Assembly: GCA_039806935.1 (NCBI GenBank)
Contig: JBDHQH010000003.1
Coordinates: forward strand, 2,606 to 66,605
Source of the DNA: Verrucomicrobiota bacterium
Lineage (GTDB): Bacteria; Verrucomicrobiota; Verrucomicrobiia; Limisphaerales; UBA8199
Reading direction: 5' to 3'
DNA length: 64,000 nt
Numbering within the stretch: position 1 is the first letter of the stretch; every line of letters begins with the position of its first letter. The notes under the pieces were generated by a model. It was not told the DNA's origin, made no database searches, and was given only the letters and a program-made list of their open reading frames with translations. Positions 36,119 through 44,834 of the stretch are shown piece by piece. Made by a program: the position numbers and the translations under genes.

Positions 36119-36676
36119 ATGAGTGTTCGGCTATCGAGTTATGCCATCAGCGGAGCGGCGGGTTTCATCCTGATTGCCGCGGGGGTGTTGGGCCACTGGA
36201 CCGCGCGACTGGGAGGGGCGCCCGCCAATCCCGAAGCAGTACCGCTTCCGGTCGTCTCCCAGTACGGCCCCCGCCACGACGTGATCGGCGGAGCCGGCGC
36301 TCGCCAGCTCGTTCACGCGCCCGTCAGCACCGCGGCGGAAACAGCGGCCCAGCCCGCGATCCACGCTCCGAAAGCACCGGTTGACTCGCGGGATCCAGGC
36401 GCGGATCTCATGGGTCTGGCGATGAATGAAGACGCGGCTTCGCTCGAACGGATCCTCGCCGAATTGCGCAACCCAAACCGCGAGCGCCGCGCGGCCGCCC
36501 TGCGCGCGGCCATTCAGTTCGGCAGTCGCGACGCGATTCCTCAACTGGCCGAAGCCGCTGCTGCCGCGCACGATGCAAACGAAAAAGCCGAACTGCGGGA
36601 TGCCATCGAGTTTTTGAAGCTGCCCTCGCTTTCCGAAGTGCTGGCCCGGCGCGCGCCGGCGGCGCCAGAACCTTGA
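36119..36676 (+). CDS. Hypothetical single-pass membrane protein with HEAT-like C-terminal repeat
   Basis: TM helix (AISGAAGFILIAAGVLG). The C-terminus NRERRAAALRAAIQFGSRDAIPQLAEAA resembles a HEAT_2 repeat. No further recognisable motif. The start is uncertain (36074 or 36119). Confidence 0.4.
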   Translation: MSVRLSSYAISGAAGFILIAAGVLGHWTARLGGAPANPEAVPLPVVSQYGPRHDVIGGAGARQLVHAPVSTAAETAAQPAIHAPKAPVDSRDPGADLMGLAMNEDAASLERILAELRNPNRERRAAALRAAIQFGSRDAIPQLAEAAAAAHDANEKAELRDAIEFLKLPSLSEVLARRAPAAPEP

Positions 36677-36705
36677 ACAACCAAACCTGCAATGCCAGCA
36701 GCAAT

Positions 36706-37293
36706 ATGAGAAAGCTAATCGCCGTCGGATTGACCGCCATCGTCCTGGGCCTTACGCCACGGCTGGCTGGCGCGCAAAGCGTGATCTACAATGCCTATTT
36801 CACCCTGACGGGGTTCAAGCAGACGAAGAACGGCGGCGTGGCCGCAGTGCGCGTCACCAACAAGGACTTGTTGCGCGCCCTGAATGCCACGGGAAACTTC
36901 GACTTCGCGTCCGGCGCAAGAATCCTGCTCTGGAGCACGGACGACGAACTCCCGGTCATCGTCGTCCGACAAGGCACCGCCCGGCACGCCACCGATACCG
37001 AGGTGGGGGATTACTTCACGCTCTCTGATTCCGGAGCGGAGGTCCACAGCGCCAACAATTTAACCAGTTGGGCCAACTGGATCTTTGACTTTGGCAATGG
37101 GCAAGGCACCGAATTCAATCTCTCCGGTATAACGACGCTGACCCGTGGCCGCCTGCGGCAACCCGGCGGCGGCTGGCTGGCGCGCACCGCCCAAGCCACT
37201 TCAAAAATCTCCGGCCCCGGCGCGCTAAACGGCGGCAATTGCGTGCTGCAGGGCATCGTGTATGTGATGCAACCGGTCGTGGTGGCGCAATGA
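36706..37293 (+). CDS. Hypothetical secreted protein
   Basis: Signal peptide MRKLIAVGLTAIVLGLTPRLAGAQ. No recognisable domain. Confidence 0.45.
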   Translation: MRKLIAVGLTAIVLGLTPRLAGAQSVIYNAYFTLTGFKQTKNGGVAAVRVTNKDLLRALNATGNFDFASGARILLWSTDDELPVIVVRQGTARHATDTEVGDYFTLSDSGAEVHSANNLTSWANWIFDFGNGQGTEFNLSGITTLTRGRLRQPGGGWLARTAQATSKISGPGALNGGNCVLQGIVYVMQPVVVAQ

Positions 37294-37348
37294 TCGCCAG
37301 CTCGAGCGCGCAACCCTGGAAGGACGGAAAGATGAACCGATCCGCAGC

Positions 37349-38065
37349 ATGAGAACCTATCCGCTGGCCGCCGGCGAGGCGATCGGTCTCTCCGGTTCCG
37401 GTTGTCAACCGAAGCTTTCGGAGCCGCCGGGCAGGCCTGAGAGCCTGCCGGCCTTGCTGCGCAGCGATTACCGCCGTTATCGCGCCATTGGGGCTCGCCG
37501 CGCGCTTTCCGTCGTGCTCTTGACCCAGGGGTTCTGGGCCTCCACCGCCTTCCGCATCTCGCATTGGGCTCGGAAACGTTTCCGCGGGCGCGTCATCAGG
37601 AGGCCAGTGAACGCTGGTTGCGTGCTCCTCCAAAAATGGATCGAGTTGTTGGCGGGGATCGCCATTCCCGCCGATTGCGCGATCGGCCCGGGCCTCTACA
37701 TCGGCCATTTTGGAGGCATCTTCATCGACGCCGAAGCCTGCCTCGGACGAAACTGCAATCTTTCACAGGGGGTGACGATTGGCCAGGGCGGACGCGGCGA
37801 ACTCCGCGGCGTGCCCCGTCTCGGGGACCGGGTGCATGTCGGCGCAAACGCGATCCTCCTCGGCAAAATCACCATCGGCGATGATGCCGTGATCGGACCG
37901 GGCGCGGTGGTGATGACCTCGGTGCCGCCATGCGGGATCGCGGTGGGCAACCCCGCCCGGGTGGTCTCCTTGGATGGCAGTTTCGATTTTGTGAATTATG
38001 ACGACATGGAAAATGATTCCGGCAGATCCCTCGCGCTGCGCCAGCGCGAGCCACCCCACTGCTAG
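37349..38065 (+). CDS. Serine-O-acetyltransferase-like left-handed beta-helix (hexapeptide) acyltransferase
   Basis: LLRSDYRRY...FWASTAFRISHW (SAT-type N-terminal helices). Hexapeptide repeats follow (IGHFGGIFID, LGRNCNLSQGVTIG, VGANAILLGKITIGDDAVIGPGAVV). Confidence 0.7.
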   Translation: MRTYPLAAGEAIGLSGSGCQPKLSEPPGRPESLPALLRSDYRRYRAIGARRALSVVLLTQGFWASTAFRISHWARKRFRGRVIRRPVNAGCVLLQKWIELLAGIAIPADCAIGPGLYIGHFGGIFIDAEACLGRNCNLSQGVTIGQGGRGELRGVPRLGDRVHVGANAILLGKITIGDDAVIGPGAVVMTSVPPCGIAVGNPARVVSLDGSFDFVNYDDMENDSGRSLALRQREPPHC

Positions 38066-38075
38066 GCCCGGCCTT

Positions 38076-38300
38076 ATGCTCGAACGCGTTATTCAATTGG
38101 TTGCCCAAATCGGCGGCATTGGCGCCCCTCTGCCCGAGACCGGGATCTACGAGGCGGGCTTCTCATCAGTTCGCGCGCTCGAACTGCTCCTGGCCCTCGA
38201 GGAGGAGTACGGCCTCACCATTCCGGACCGCGAATTTGTCGCCGCGCGCACGCCCGGTGAAATCGCCGCGCTCCTCCAGCGTCTTCAACAACCGGCATGA
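38076..38300 (+). CDS. Stand-alone carrier protein (ACP/PCP-like, 74 aa)
   Basis: Four-helix carrier pattern with the candidate phosphopantetheine serine in YEAGFSSVRALELLLALEEEYG. The stop overlaps the start of the next gene (ATGA 38297-38300). Confidence 0.65.
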   Translation: MLERVIQLVAQIGGIGAPLPETGIYEAGFSSVRALELLLALEEEYGLTIPDREFVAARTPGEIAALLQRLQQPA

Positions 38301-39571
38301 ATTCGACGATCACCATACCTTTTCGTGAGCCTCCGAGCGAAATCACCCGTGAGGAAATCCTCAAACAGGTGCCTCACCTCAGCGCCTCACTCCGGCATCC
38401 CCGGATTTCACCGGACGGCCTGCGGCTCGACTTCGAAGTCTCCGCCGCGGAGGCGGAAACACTGCGTCCGCACGTCACGCATCTCTGCCAGCAGATCCAG
38501 CGCTCCTTGCGCCGGCTCGAGCGCAAGGTGGTTTTCCGCAGTCGCGCCATGGCCGATCCGGTGTTTCGCGGCGCCGGATGCCCGCTCCCCGGCGTTTGGG
38601 AGGCCGGGAAGGGCCAGGTAATGATCGAGGGCGCTTCCCTGGCTATCTTCAACTTTTTTGCCGACGCTCTGGCGGAAATCGAACGCGAATGGAAACCGCG
38701 CGGTCTCCTCACCCCGACGCTCATCCCCGCCCGGGTTTTGGCCAAATGCGATTACTTCCGATCGTTTCCCCACACCGTCACCTTCGCCTGTCATCTGGAG
38801 GAGAATGCGGAGGTACTGAAAAACTTTCGCGCCCGGCATGAACATCAAAAAGAGGGGGTGGACGCTCAAGCTCTCTCCGAGATGGCGCCGCCCTGCGCCT
38901 GCCTTTCACCCGCGGTGTGTTATCACGTCTATCATCGCCTTGAAGGGACCGTCCTCCCCGCGGAGGGCGCGGTGTACGGCGTTCGGGGGAAATGCTTCCG
39001 CTATGAGTCATCCAACCTCCAGGGCTTGAATCGCCTGTGGGATTTCACCATGCGCGAGCTGGTGTTTCTTGGCTCCAGCGACGGCGTCTTGCGTGAGCGC
39101 CAGAATTGTGTCGAGGTGCTGGGCGCGTTCCTGGATCAGATCGGGTTGGCGGCGGAAATTCGCACCGCCAGCGATCCTTTCTATATCGCGCCGGACGCGG
39201 CGGCCAAATCTTACTTTCAGCTCACCGCCGAAACCAAATACGAAATCGCAGCTTTGCTGTCCGCGGAGGAGCGCCTGGCGGTCGGCTCCTTCAATTACCA
39301 CACGGATTTCTTTGGCCGGGCCTTTGACATCCACCTCGAGGGGGCGGGCAAGGCGCATAGCGTCTGCGTCGGCATGGGCCTCGAGCGACTGACGGCCGCC
39401 TTCCTGGCCCAGCATGGCGGCGACCCGACTCATTGGCCGGACTTCGTCATCTCCAGATTAAAGGACTGCCAGACGCCGCGTCCGGCTTCGGATGGGTCAT
39501 CGCCGCCGCCTGCCGCCCTTTCAGGCTGGCGGCCTTGCAGCGGCAGCCATGCTCGCCAATCGAGCCGGTAG
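38297..39571 (+). CDS. Class II aminoacyl-tRNA-synthetase-like protein (seryl-tRNA synthetase catalytic core homologue); candidate amino acid:[carrier-protein] ligase
   Basis: Motif 2 CFRYESSNLQGLNRLWDFTMRELVFLG (SerRS: CFRsEag..GL.RvHqF.KvE). Motif 3-like VCVGMGLERLTAAFLAQHGG. No SerRS N-terminal coiled-coil tRNA arm is recognisable. Translationally coupled to a carrier protein. Confidence 0.7.
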   Translation: MNSTITIPFREPPSEITREEILKQVPHLSASLRHPRISPDGLRLDFEVSAAEAETLRPHVTHLCQQIQRSLRRLERKVVFRSRAMADPVFRGAGCPLPGVWEAGKGQVMIEGASLAIFNFFADALAEIEREWKPRGLLTPTLIPARVLAKCDYFRSFPHTVTFACHLEENAEVLKNFRARHEHQKEGVDAQALSEMAPPCACLSPAVCYHVYHRLEGTVLPAEGAVYGVRGKCFRYESSNLQGLNRLWDFTMRELVFLGSSDGVLRERQNCVEVLGAFLDQIGLAAEIRTASDPFYIAPDAAAKSYFQLTAETKYEIAALLSAEERLAVGSFNYHTDFFGRAFDIHLEGAGKAHSVCVGMGLERLTAAFLAQHGGDPTHWPDFVISRLKDCQTPRPASDGSSPPPAALSGWRPCSGSHARQSSR

Positions 39572-41140
39572 ATCTTGGGCTGCAGGTTCCATTTTGAGTT
39601 CCCGCGACACCAAGGCCTCCACCAATGCCGGCATTTTGCATCCGTCGCACACGGCGTTGGAATGTTCGCAAAAATCACGGACGATCTGGACCAGCCCCTG
39701 TTGTACCGCGGCGCCGGGCAGCACCCGGCGCGAGCTGGCGCCCAGCAGGCGCTGACGCGCCAGTTGCAGCAAGGTGTTATCCTGAGCGGCGGGCCAGGCG
39801 AAAAGCCGCTCCTCGATTCGCCGCCGCAGCGCCTCATTGCACCCCTCGACCGCCCGCACCCACAACCAGGGCAGCACGGTGTTGATGGCGAGGTCCGTCA
39901 CCCGCGACTCGCCCAACAGCGGCTGCGGCGACTTCAAGCGCGCCGAGTTGAGGCTCCAATGCCAGGACCAAAATTCATCGGGGCCGGCCTCCAGCACCCG
40001 TCCCAGGGATCCGACGAGGGCCGCATCCGGCACCGTTTCGCCGCACCAGTGCTCCAACCGGGCGGGCAGGTCCTGTTTGAGCGCCCAATGCGCCGCCAGG
40101 GCCAGACGCCGCTGCGGATGATTCGCCGGCCGCACTCCATGCAGACGCCACATCGCGGGAGGCAGCGCGCAATCCGAGTAGGCGTCCCGCTCGCGCCACC
40201 AGATGTCCCAGACACGGCGCAAGTAGGCCGGAGCGCTGACCGGGCCGCCCGCGTGCGCTCGGCCCCCGGCCGGCTCGCGCGCCGGAGCCTTCAGTTCTCC
40301 CGGAAGCAACCCGCTGGCACCCAGCAAGCGCGCCTGCAACTCGACAGGATTTGAGCGCGCCGACAGCCAGCGCGGCCGCAATTCCGCCAGGCGTTGCATG
40401 GGCCAGGCATTGTGCTTATAGCCCAGGCCGCGGAATAACCCCTCCCAAAGCGCCTGCTCCCATCCGGCCTGCCTCGCCCGCGCTCGGAAGGCCTCGCCCT
40501 TTCCGCGCAACCGCACGCTCGCGGCCTGCCGCAGCAACTCCAATTGCGCGGCCCGGGACAACTGCTGAAATGGCCCGCAGCACCGCCCGCGTCCGATTTC
40601 CGGCAATTCCCGCGGGGACTGGTTCCCGAGCCACACGCTCAATTCCCCAATAGGCGCGTCCAATACCCGCCGCAACGCCAGGCGCGGCGGCCCGGCAATA
40701 CTCGAGGCCTCCTCATCCCAGACCACGTGCAAAAGCACCCGCCGAAACGCGGGGTTCCGATCGTGTCCATGGGCGCGCCAGCCAGCCGCCCGCAAATCCA
40801 CCTCAACATCTCCCGCCACCGTTCCCTGCCCAGCAAAGCGCAGTACCGCGTCGCGGAAGTCCGGCCCTCCCTCGACGCTGCGAAACCCTGGGTGTAACAC
40901 CTGCACCGGATCGCCGTCCATGGTCCGGAGCTGATCCCGCGAGAGGCGCTGATGCTGCCAGATGGCTTGCAGCAAGGTCTCGGGTGGCGAATCCGCGTCA
41001 TCCCGCAAAATCGGGATAATTTTGCCGCGGACGCGCCAGTCGGCGTAAAAGTTTTCCGGAAGCGCCGGCACCTCGATTTCTCCGCCCGCCGCCGCGAGAG
41101 CGGCGGGCTGACCGTGACCTGCCCCCGCTCTACTCTCCAA
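39521..41140 (-). CDS. DUF2851-family protein
   Basis: LLQAIWQHQRL...VLHPGFRSVEGGPDFRDAVLRF...GDVEVDLRAAGWRAHGHDRNPAFRRVLLHVVW...CDGC is collinear with DUF2851. The true start may be the TTG at 40985, because family members usually begin at the LLxxIW motif. Confidence 0.7.
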   Translation of the reverse strand: MESRAGAGHGQPAALAAAGGEIEVPALPENFYADWRVRGKIIPILRDDADSPPETLLQAIWQHQRLSRDQLRTMDGDPVQVLHPGFRSVEGGPDFRDAVLRFAGQGTVAGDVEVDLRAAGWRAHGHDRNPAFRRVLLHVVWDEEASSIAGPPRLALRRVLDAPIGELSVWLGNQSPRELPEIGRGRCCGPFQQLSRAAQLELLRQAASVRLRGKGEAFRARARQAGWEQALWEGLFRGLGYKHNAWPMQRLAELRPRWLSARSNPVELQARLLGASGLLPGELKAPAREPAGGRAHAGGPVSAPAYLRRVWDIWWRERDAYSDCALPPAMWRLHGVRPANHPQRRLALAAHWALKQDLPARLEHWCGETVPDAALVGSLGRVLEAGPDEFWSWHWSLNSARLKSPQPLLGESRVTDLAINTVLPWLWVRAVEGCNEALRRRIEERLFAWPAAQDNTLLQLARQRLLGASSRRVLPGAAVQQGLVQIVRDFCEHSNAVCDGCKMPALVEALVSRELKMEPAAQDLPARLASMAAAARPPA

Positions 41141-41996
41141 ATTGAAGGTCGATCACCACCGGGCAGTGGTCGCTGGGGAATTTGCCGTCCTTGGACCACG
41201 GCACGACTTCGCTGGAGCTGACGCTCACCGGGCCGCGCGCCAGAATCCAATCAATCCGCTTGCCGTTCCTGCGCACCCCCTGGAAGTTGTTGAAACTCGC
41301 AAACTCCTCGCCCTTCAAGGTCTTGGCCAATTTCCAAGTGTCCCGGAAATAGCCGTCGCCTACCAGAATATCGTAGGCCTTGTTTTCTCCCGAGGTCGCG
41401 TTGAAATCGCCAGTCAGCAGGATCGGCAGTTTCGTGCCCAACTGCCCCGCCCGCTCGCGCACCAGCTCCGCGCTCTTTTCCCGGGAGGGTTGCGAAAGAT
41501 GGTCAAAATGCGTGTTGAAGAAATAGAACTCCCGCCGCGTTTCCCGGTCCCGGAATTTAAGCCACGTCACCATGCGATTGAGCTGGTTCCCCCAGGTGGT
41601 GGTCGCGGGAGTGTCGGGGGTGGCCGACAGCCAGAAGTGATTTGTTGAAAGGGTCTCGAGCCTCGATTTTTTGTAAAATACCGCCATGAACTCGCCAGCC
41701 TCGCCGCCATCCCGCCCCTGCCCCGCCCAGGCGTAGGCGGGCAGATCCGACGCGAGCTCCCGCAATTGCCGCGCCAGGCCCTCCTGGCTTCCAAATACGT
41801 CCGGATCGAGCCGCTGAATCAACTCCCGCATCAACGGACGCCGATCAGGCCAGGCGTTGGGCCCTTGGTCGCTCGCGTAACGGAGGTTATAGGTCATGAC
41901 ACGCAGGCTCGGCACACTTTCGGCGGCGGACAAGGCAAGAGCCGCGAAGGCGCAGAGTCCGAAGCTGAGGAGGAGTTTGGGCAGACAGGTTTTCAT
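41130..41996 (-). CDS. Secreted endonuclease/exonuclease/phosphatase (EEP) family protein
   Basis: Signal peptide. LRVMTYNLRY, FGSQE, NTHFDH, LTGDFN and the terminal SDHCPVV are EEP catalytic motifs. Confidence 0.8.
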   Translation of the reverse strand: MKTCLPKLLLSFGLCAFAALALSAAESVPSLRVMTYNLRYASDQGPNAWPDRRPLMRELIQRLDPDVFGSQEGLARQLRELASDLPAYAWAGQGRDGGEAGEFMAVFYKKSRLETLSTNHFWLSATPDTPATTTWGNQLNRMVTWLKFRDRETRREFYFFNTHFDHLSQPSREKSAELVRERAGQLGTKLPILLTGDFNATSGENKAYDILVGDGYFRDTWKLAKTLKGEEFASFNNFQGVRRNGKRIDWILARGPVSVSSSEVVPWSKDGKFPSDHCPVVIDLQFGE

Positions 41997-42181
41997 TTTT
42001 CCGAGAGCATCTTTGAATTGAACTTTTAAACGATGACCGCAGCTTACCCCGCGCCCGGTTTCATGTGAAGCCGTTTTCTAAAAGAGCGCATCGGCATGCG
42101 TCTTTGCCGGGTTTACAGCCGGCCCGATCCTCCCTAATTTGGGCGGGTGGCGCCATCAGGCGCATTGCCGCATCCCAGGAC

Positions 42182-42823
42182 ATGAACGACAGGGCCGCTG
42201 AACAACCGGACGAGGAATTGGTTCGCCAGGCAAAGGCGGGGAATCTCGATTCATTCGAAACGTTGGTGACCCGCCACGAGCAACGGGTTTACTCGCTGGC
42301 GCTGCGCATGCTCCGGCATGAACGCGACGCCGAGGATGTCACCCAGCAAACCCTCCTCAGCGCGGTGGAGCATCTCCATCAGTTTCGCGGGGAAGCGGGC
42401 TTCGCCACTTGGCTGTTGCGCATCGCCAGCCATGCCGCGCTCAAGGTGATCCGCAAGCGAAAGGGACTGGCCACCGTGTCGCTCGAGGAGGCGACCGAAC
42501 CGTCCGACACGCTGGAGCAGGTGCCGCATCCGGAGTACATCGCCGACTGGCGCCAGTCCCCGGATGAACTGGTCCACCGCAATGAAATCCAGCGCCTCCT
42601 GGACGATGCCCTCGATCGGCTCGATGAAAAACATCGGGTCGTGTTTCTGCTCCGGGATGTCGAGGGCCTCTCCGTGGCCGAGACGGCCCAGGCGCTCGAT
42701 TTGAGCGAGGCAAATGTCAAAGTGCGGTTGCTGCGAGCCCGCCTGCAATTGCGGGAACTGCTGACCCGCACCCTGGGCGACCCGGCGGCACGCCTCACCC
42801 GGTCGCCTCACTCTCCCCGTTGA
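42182..42823 (+). CDS. ECF (group 4) RNA polymerase sigma-70 factor
   Basis: Region 2 (FETLVTRHEQRVYSLALRMLRHERDAEDVTQQTLL). Region 4 (VVFLLRDVEGLSVAETAQALDLSEANVKVRLLRAR). Confidence 0.85.
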   Translation: MNDRAAEQPDEELVRQAKAGNLDSFETLVTRHEQRVYSLALRMLRHERDAEDVTQQTLLSAVEHLHQFRGEAGFATWLLRIASHAALKVIRKRKGLATVSLEEATEPSDTLEQVPHPEYIADWRQSPDELVHRNEIQRLLDDALDRLDEKHRVVFLLRDVEGLSVAETAQALDLSEANVKVRLLRARLQLRELLTRTLGDPAARLTRSPHSPR

Positions 42824-42879
42824 AAGGTTTTCGTAACCTTTTTGCCGCTCGCGCCTCAATATCCTCAGACGAGAAAATC

Positions 42880-43119
42880 ATGAAGTGCCAGGAGTTGTTA
42901 GCGATGCTCAACGAATACGTGGACGGCACGGTGGATCCGGCCATTTGCGAGCAATTCGAGAAGCACCTGGCCGACTGCAATCCCTGCCAGGTGGTCGTGG
43001 ACAACATCCGCCAGACCATCACCCTGTATAAGGACGGCAAGCCCTGCGAAATTCCCGCCGCCTTCCGCGACCGCCTGCATCTTCTCCTGCGACAACGCTG
43101 GCGCGAGACCCGCGGTTAA
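42880..43119 (+). CDS. Small cytoplasmic zinc-binding anti-sigma factor (ZAS, zf-HC2)
   Basis: MKCQELLAMLNEYVDG...HLADCNPC is the H-x3-C-x2-C ZAS motif. 79 aa with no TM segment. Located directly downstream of the ECF sigma gene. Confidence 0.7.
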   Translation: MKCQELLAMLNEYVDGTVDPAICEQFEKHLADCNPCQVVVDNIRQTITLYKDGKPCEIPAAFRDRLHLLLRQRWRETRG

Positions 43120-43136
43120 GAAGCGGCCCAGCGCCG

Positions 43137-43868
43137 TCACCAATAGCCCCAGTAAGCGATGTACGAGGAGGCGTAACGCTGCCGCATTTGCGATTTGTTC
43201 CGCCACGCCACCGAACCGTCCAGCAGCCCCACACTCCCCCCCGCTCCCCCGATGGTCCAGGGCGTCTTGACTTCGCTGATGATTTGAAAAGTCGCCGGAA
43301 TGGTTGGAGAAGCGAGGCTGGTCTGATTGACCGGACCACTCTTGCCGTGCGGCGCCATGACCAACCCTAAACCCCAGGTGTTGGCGTCGGCGATGATGAA
43401 ATTGGTGCCGGATTCCCCCGCCTTGATCGGCGAGTGCCAGGTGTAGGCGGAGCCCGGCGACCAATTGTTGGCCGTCGGGCCCTCCAGCGCATGGCCCAGG
43501 TAGGCGTAGCCCAGCAGGAACCCGTAGAGGGCGCTATAACGGGCAAATCCGCCATAAGAAAAGTCTGGGCAGTCCATGATTTTCACGTTGCCAGTGTAGG
43601 CCACCAGATTCGTCCAGGTTTCGTTGCGAATGCGAATCGCGTGCCATTCCAGATGGTTGTCCCGGCCATCCGGCACGAGATCTTGAAAGTCACCCGCGTA
43701 CAGATGGACCGTGATGATGGCCTGGCGCAGGTTGCTTTGGCAGGCGATCCGTCGCGCCTTGACTTTGGCCCCCGTCAGAGCCGGCAACACCAGCGCCGCC
43801 AGGATCGCGATGATCGCAATCACCACCAGCAACTCGATCAGGGTAAACCCTTTGCGGCTACGGCGCAT
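43137..43868 (-). CDS. Prepilin-type N-terminal cleavage/methylation domain protein (DUF1559-like)
   Basis: [26 protein letters not shown] class III signal. C-terminal LLDGSVAW. The start is taken at the Met just before the basic leader ([12 protein letters not shown]). Confidence 0.75.
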   Translation of the reverse strand: MRRSRKGFTLIELLVVIAIIAILAALVLPALTGAKVKARRIACQSNLRQAIITVHLYAGDFQDLVPDGRDNHLEWHAIRIRNETWTNLVAYTGNVKIMDCPDFSYGGFARYSALYGFLLGYAYLGHALEGPTANNWSPGSAYTWHSPIKAGESGTNFIIADANTWGLGLVMAPHGKSGPVNQTSLASPTIPATFQIISEVKTPWTIGGAGGSVGLLDGSVAWRNKSQMRQRYASSYIAYWGYW

Positions 43869-44736
43869 CCGGCGCAGCGATGTGGGCTTTCCACCAAACC
43901 AGGTCCGCGTTTTTGTGCCCGCCCACCACTTGGGGGTAATGCTTATAGCTGCCGAAAACATAGGGAATCTTCAACGAGGGGGTGAGCCATTTGTGCAGCT
44001 CGGCATGCCCGTCGGCAAAATTCATGGAACATTTCCAGTCATGGTACGATCCCGGCACATCGGGCCAGCCATTATCATTGGCGGTGATCACCTGGAGGAA
44101 GCCGTCATTCATGCTGCACATATTCTCATCCAAAAAGATGATGGCGTCGGTCGGGGTCACCGGGGCGACGATCTCGCTCAGCTTCACGTAGGCCATGAAG
44201 CCGGGATTGTACTGCCGCTGCAGATTCTTGATGTAGGTGCATCCCATGGCGCCTTGCATCGAGACGGTGCGCAGATGCTGTCCGTTCTGCGACGGAATGG
44301 TGTCGCTGGGACACTTGTACACCCCGACCTGGTTCACCAGGTACGGCGCCAGCAGGCATTTGGTGTAATACTCCCGATTGGTGTTTACCACGCTCATGAA
44401 CCAATCCTCGCTGCCCGGCCCGCACCAGGTCTTCTGCATCAGATCCACCGTGTCCGGCCCCAACGGAGCGTTGGGCACGATGGCGTCGCCGAAGTCCGCG
44501 GCGTACACATGGACGGCGGCGGCTAATTGCTTCATGTTGCTCAGGCATTGAATGCCCCGCGCCTTCTCCCGCGCGCGCGCGAGGGCGGGCAGCAGCAGCG
44601 CCGCCAAAATCGCGATGATGGCAATCACCACGAGCAATTCAATCAAGGTAAAACCGCGCGAACTCCGGCCTGCCGGGGGACCCGGGATCGCCGGACGGCG
44701 CGGGGAATCAAAAACACGGGCACTCGCTGGTTTCAC
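43858..44736 (-). CDS. Prepilin-type N-terminal cleavage/methylation domain protein (DUF1559, H-X9-DG)
   Basis: [38 protein letters not shown] matches H-X9-DG. Confidence 0.75.
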   Translation of the reverse strand: MKPASARVFDSPRRPAIPGPPAGRSSRGFTLIELLVVIAIIAILAALLLPALARAREKARGIQCLSNMKQLAAAVHVYAADFGDAIVPNAPLGPDTVDLMQKTWCGPGSEDWFMSVVNTNREYYTKCLLAPYLVNQVGVYKCPSDTIPSQNGQHLRTVSMQGAMGCTYIKNLQRQYNPGFMAYVKLSEIVAPVTPTDAIIFLDENMCSMNDGFLQVITANDNGWPDVPGSYHDWKCSMNFADGHAELHKWLTPSLKIPYVFGSYKHYPQVVGGHKNADLVWWKAHIAAPDAP

Positions 44737-44834
44737 AACACGATTAAAACAGTGGTGGTAAATTCAAACCCGGGCTATGGGGCGCTCGGCCGGGCCGAAC
44801 GCCCCATCGGGCCACAATTTAATCCTCTCCTCCC

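Noticed and set aside
39521-39571. 51-nt tail-to-tail overlap between the aaRS-like ligase and the DUF2851 gene
   Set aside because: Both C-terminal tails are low-complexity (Pro/Ala/Ser-rich) read-through to the first available stop. This is probably not functionally meaningful, and I cannot exclude a sequencing error. It is noted but not promoted to a finding.
42000-42181. Looked for an autoregulatory ECF promoter (GGAAC-N16/17-CGTC type) upstream of the sigma-factor gene
   Set aside because: Only isolated GAAC and GCGTCT strings at incompatible spacing. There is no credible -35/-10 pair by eye.
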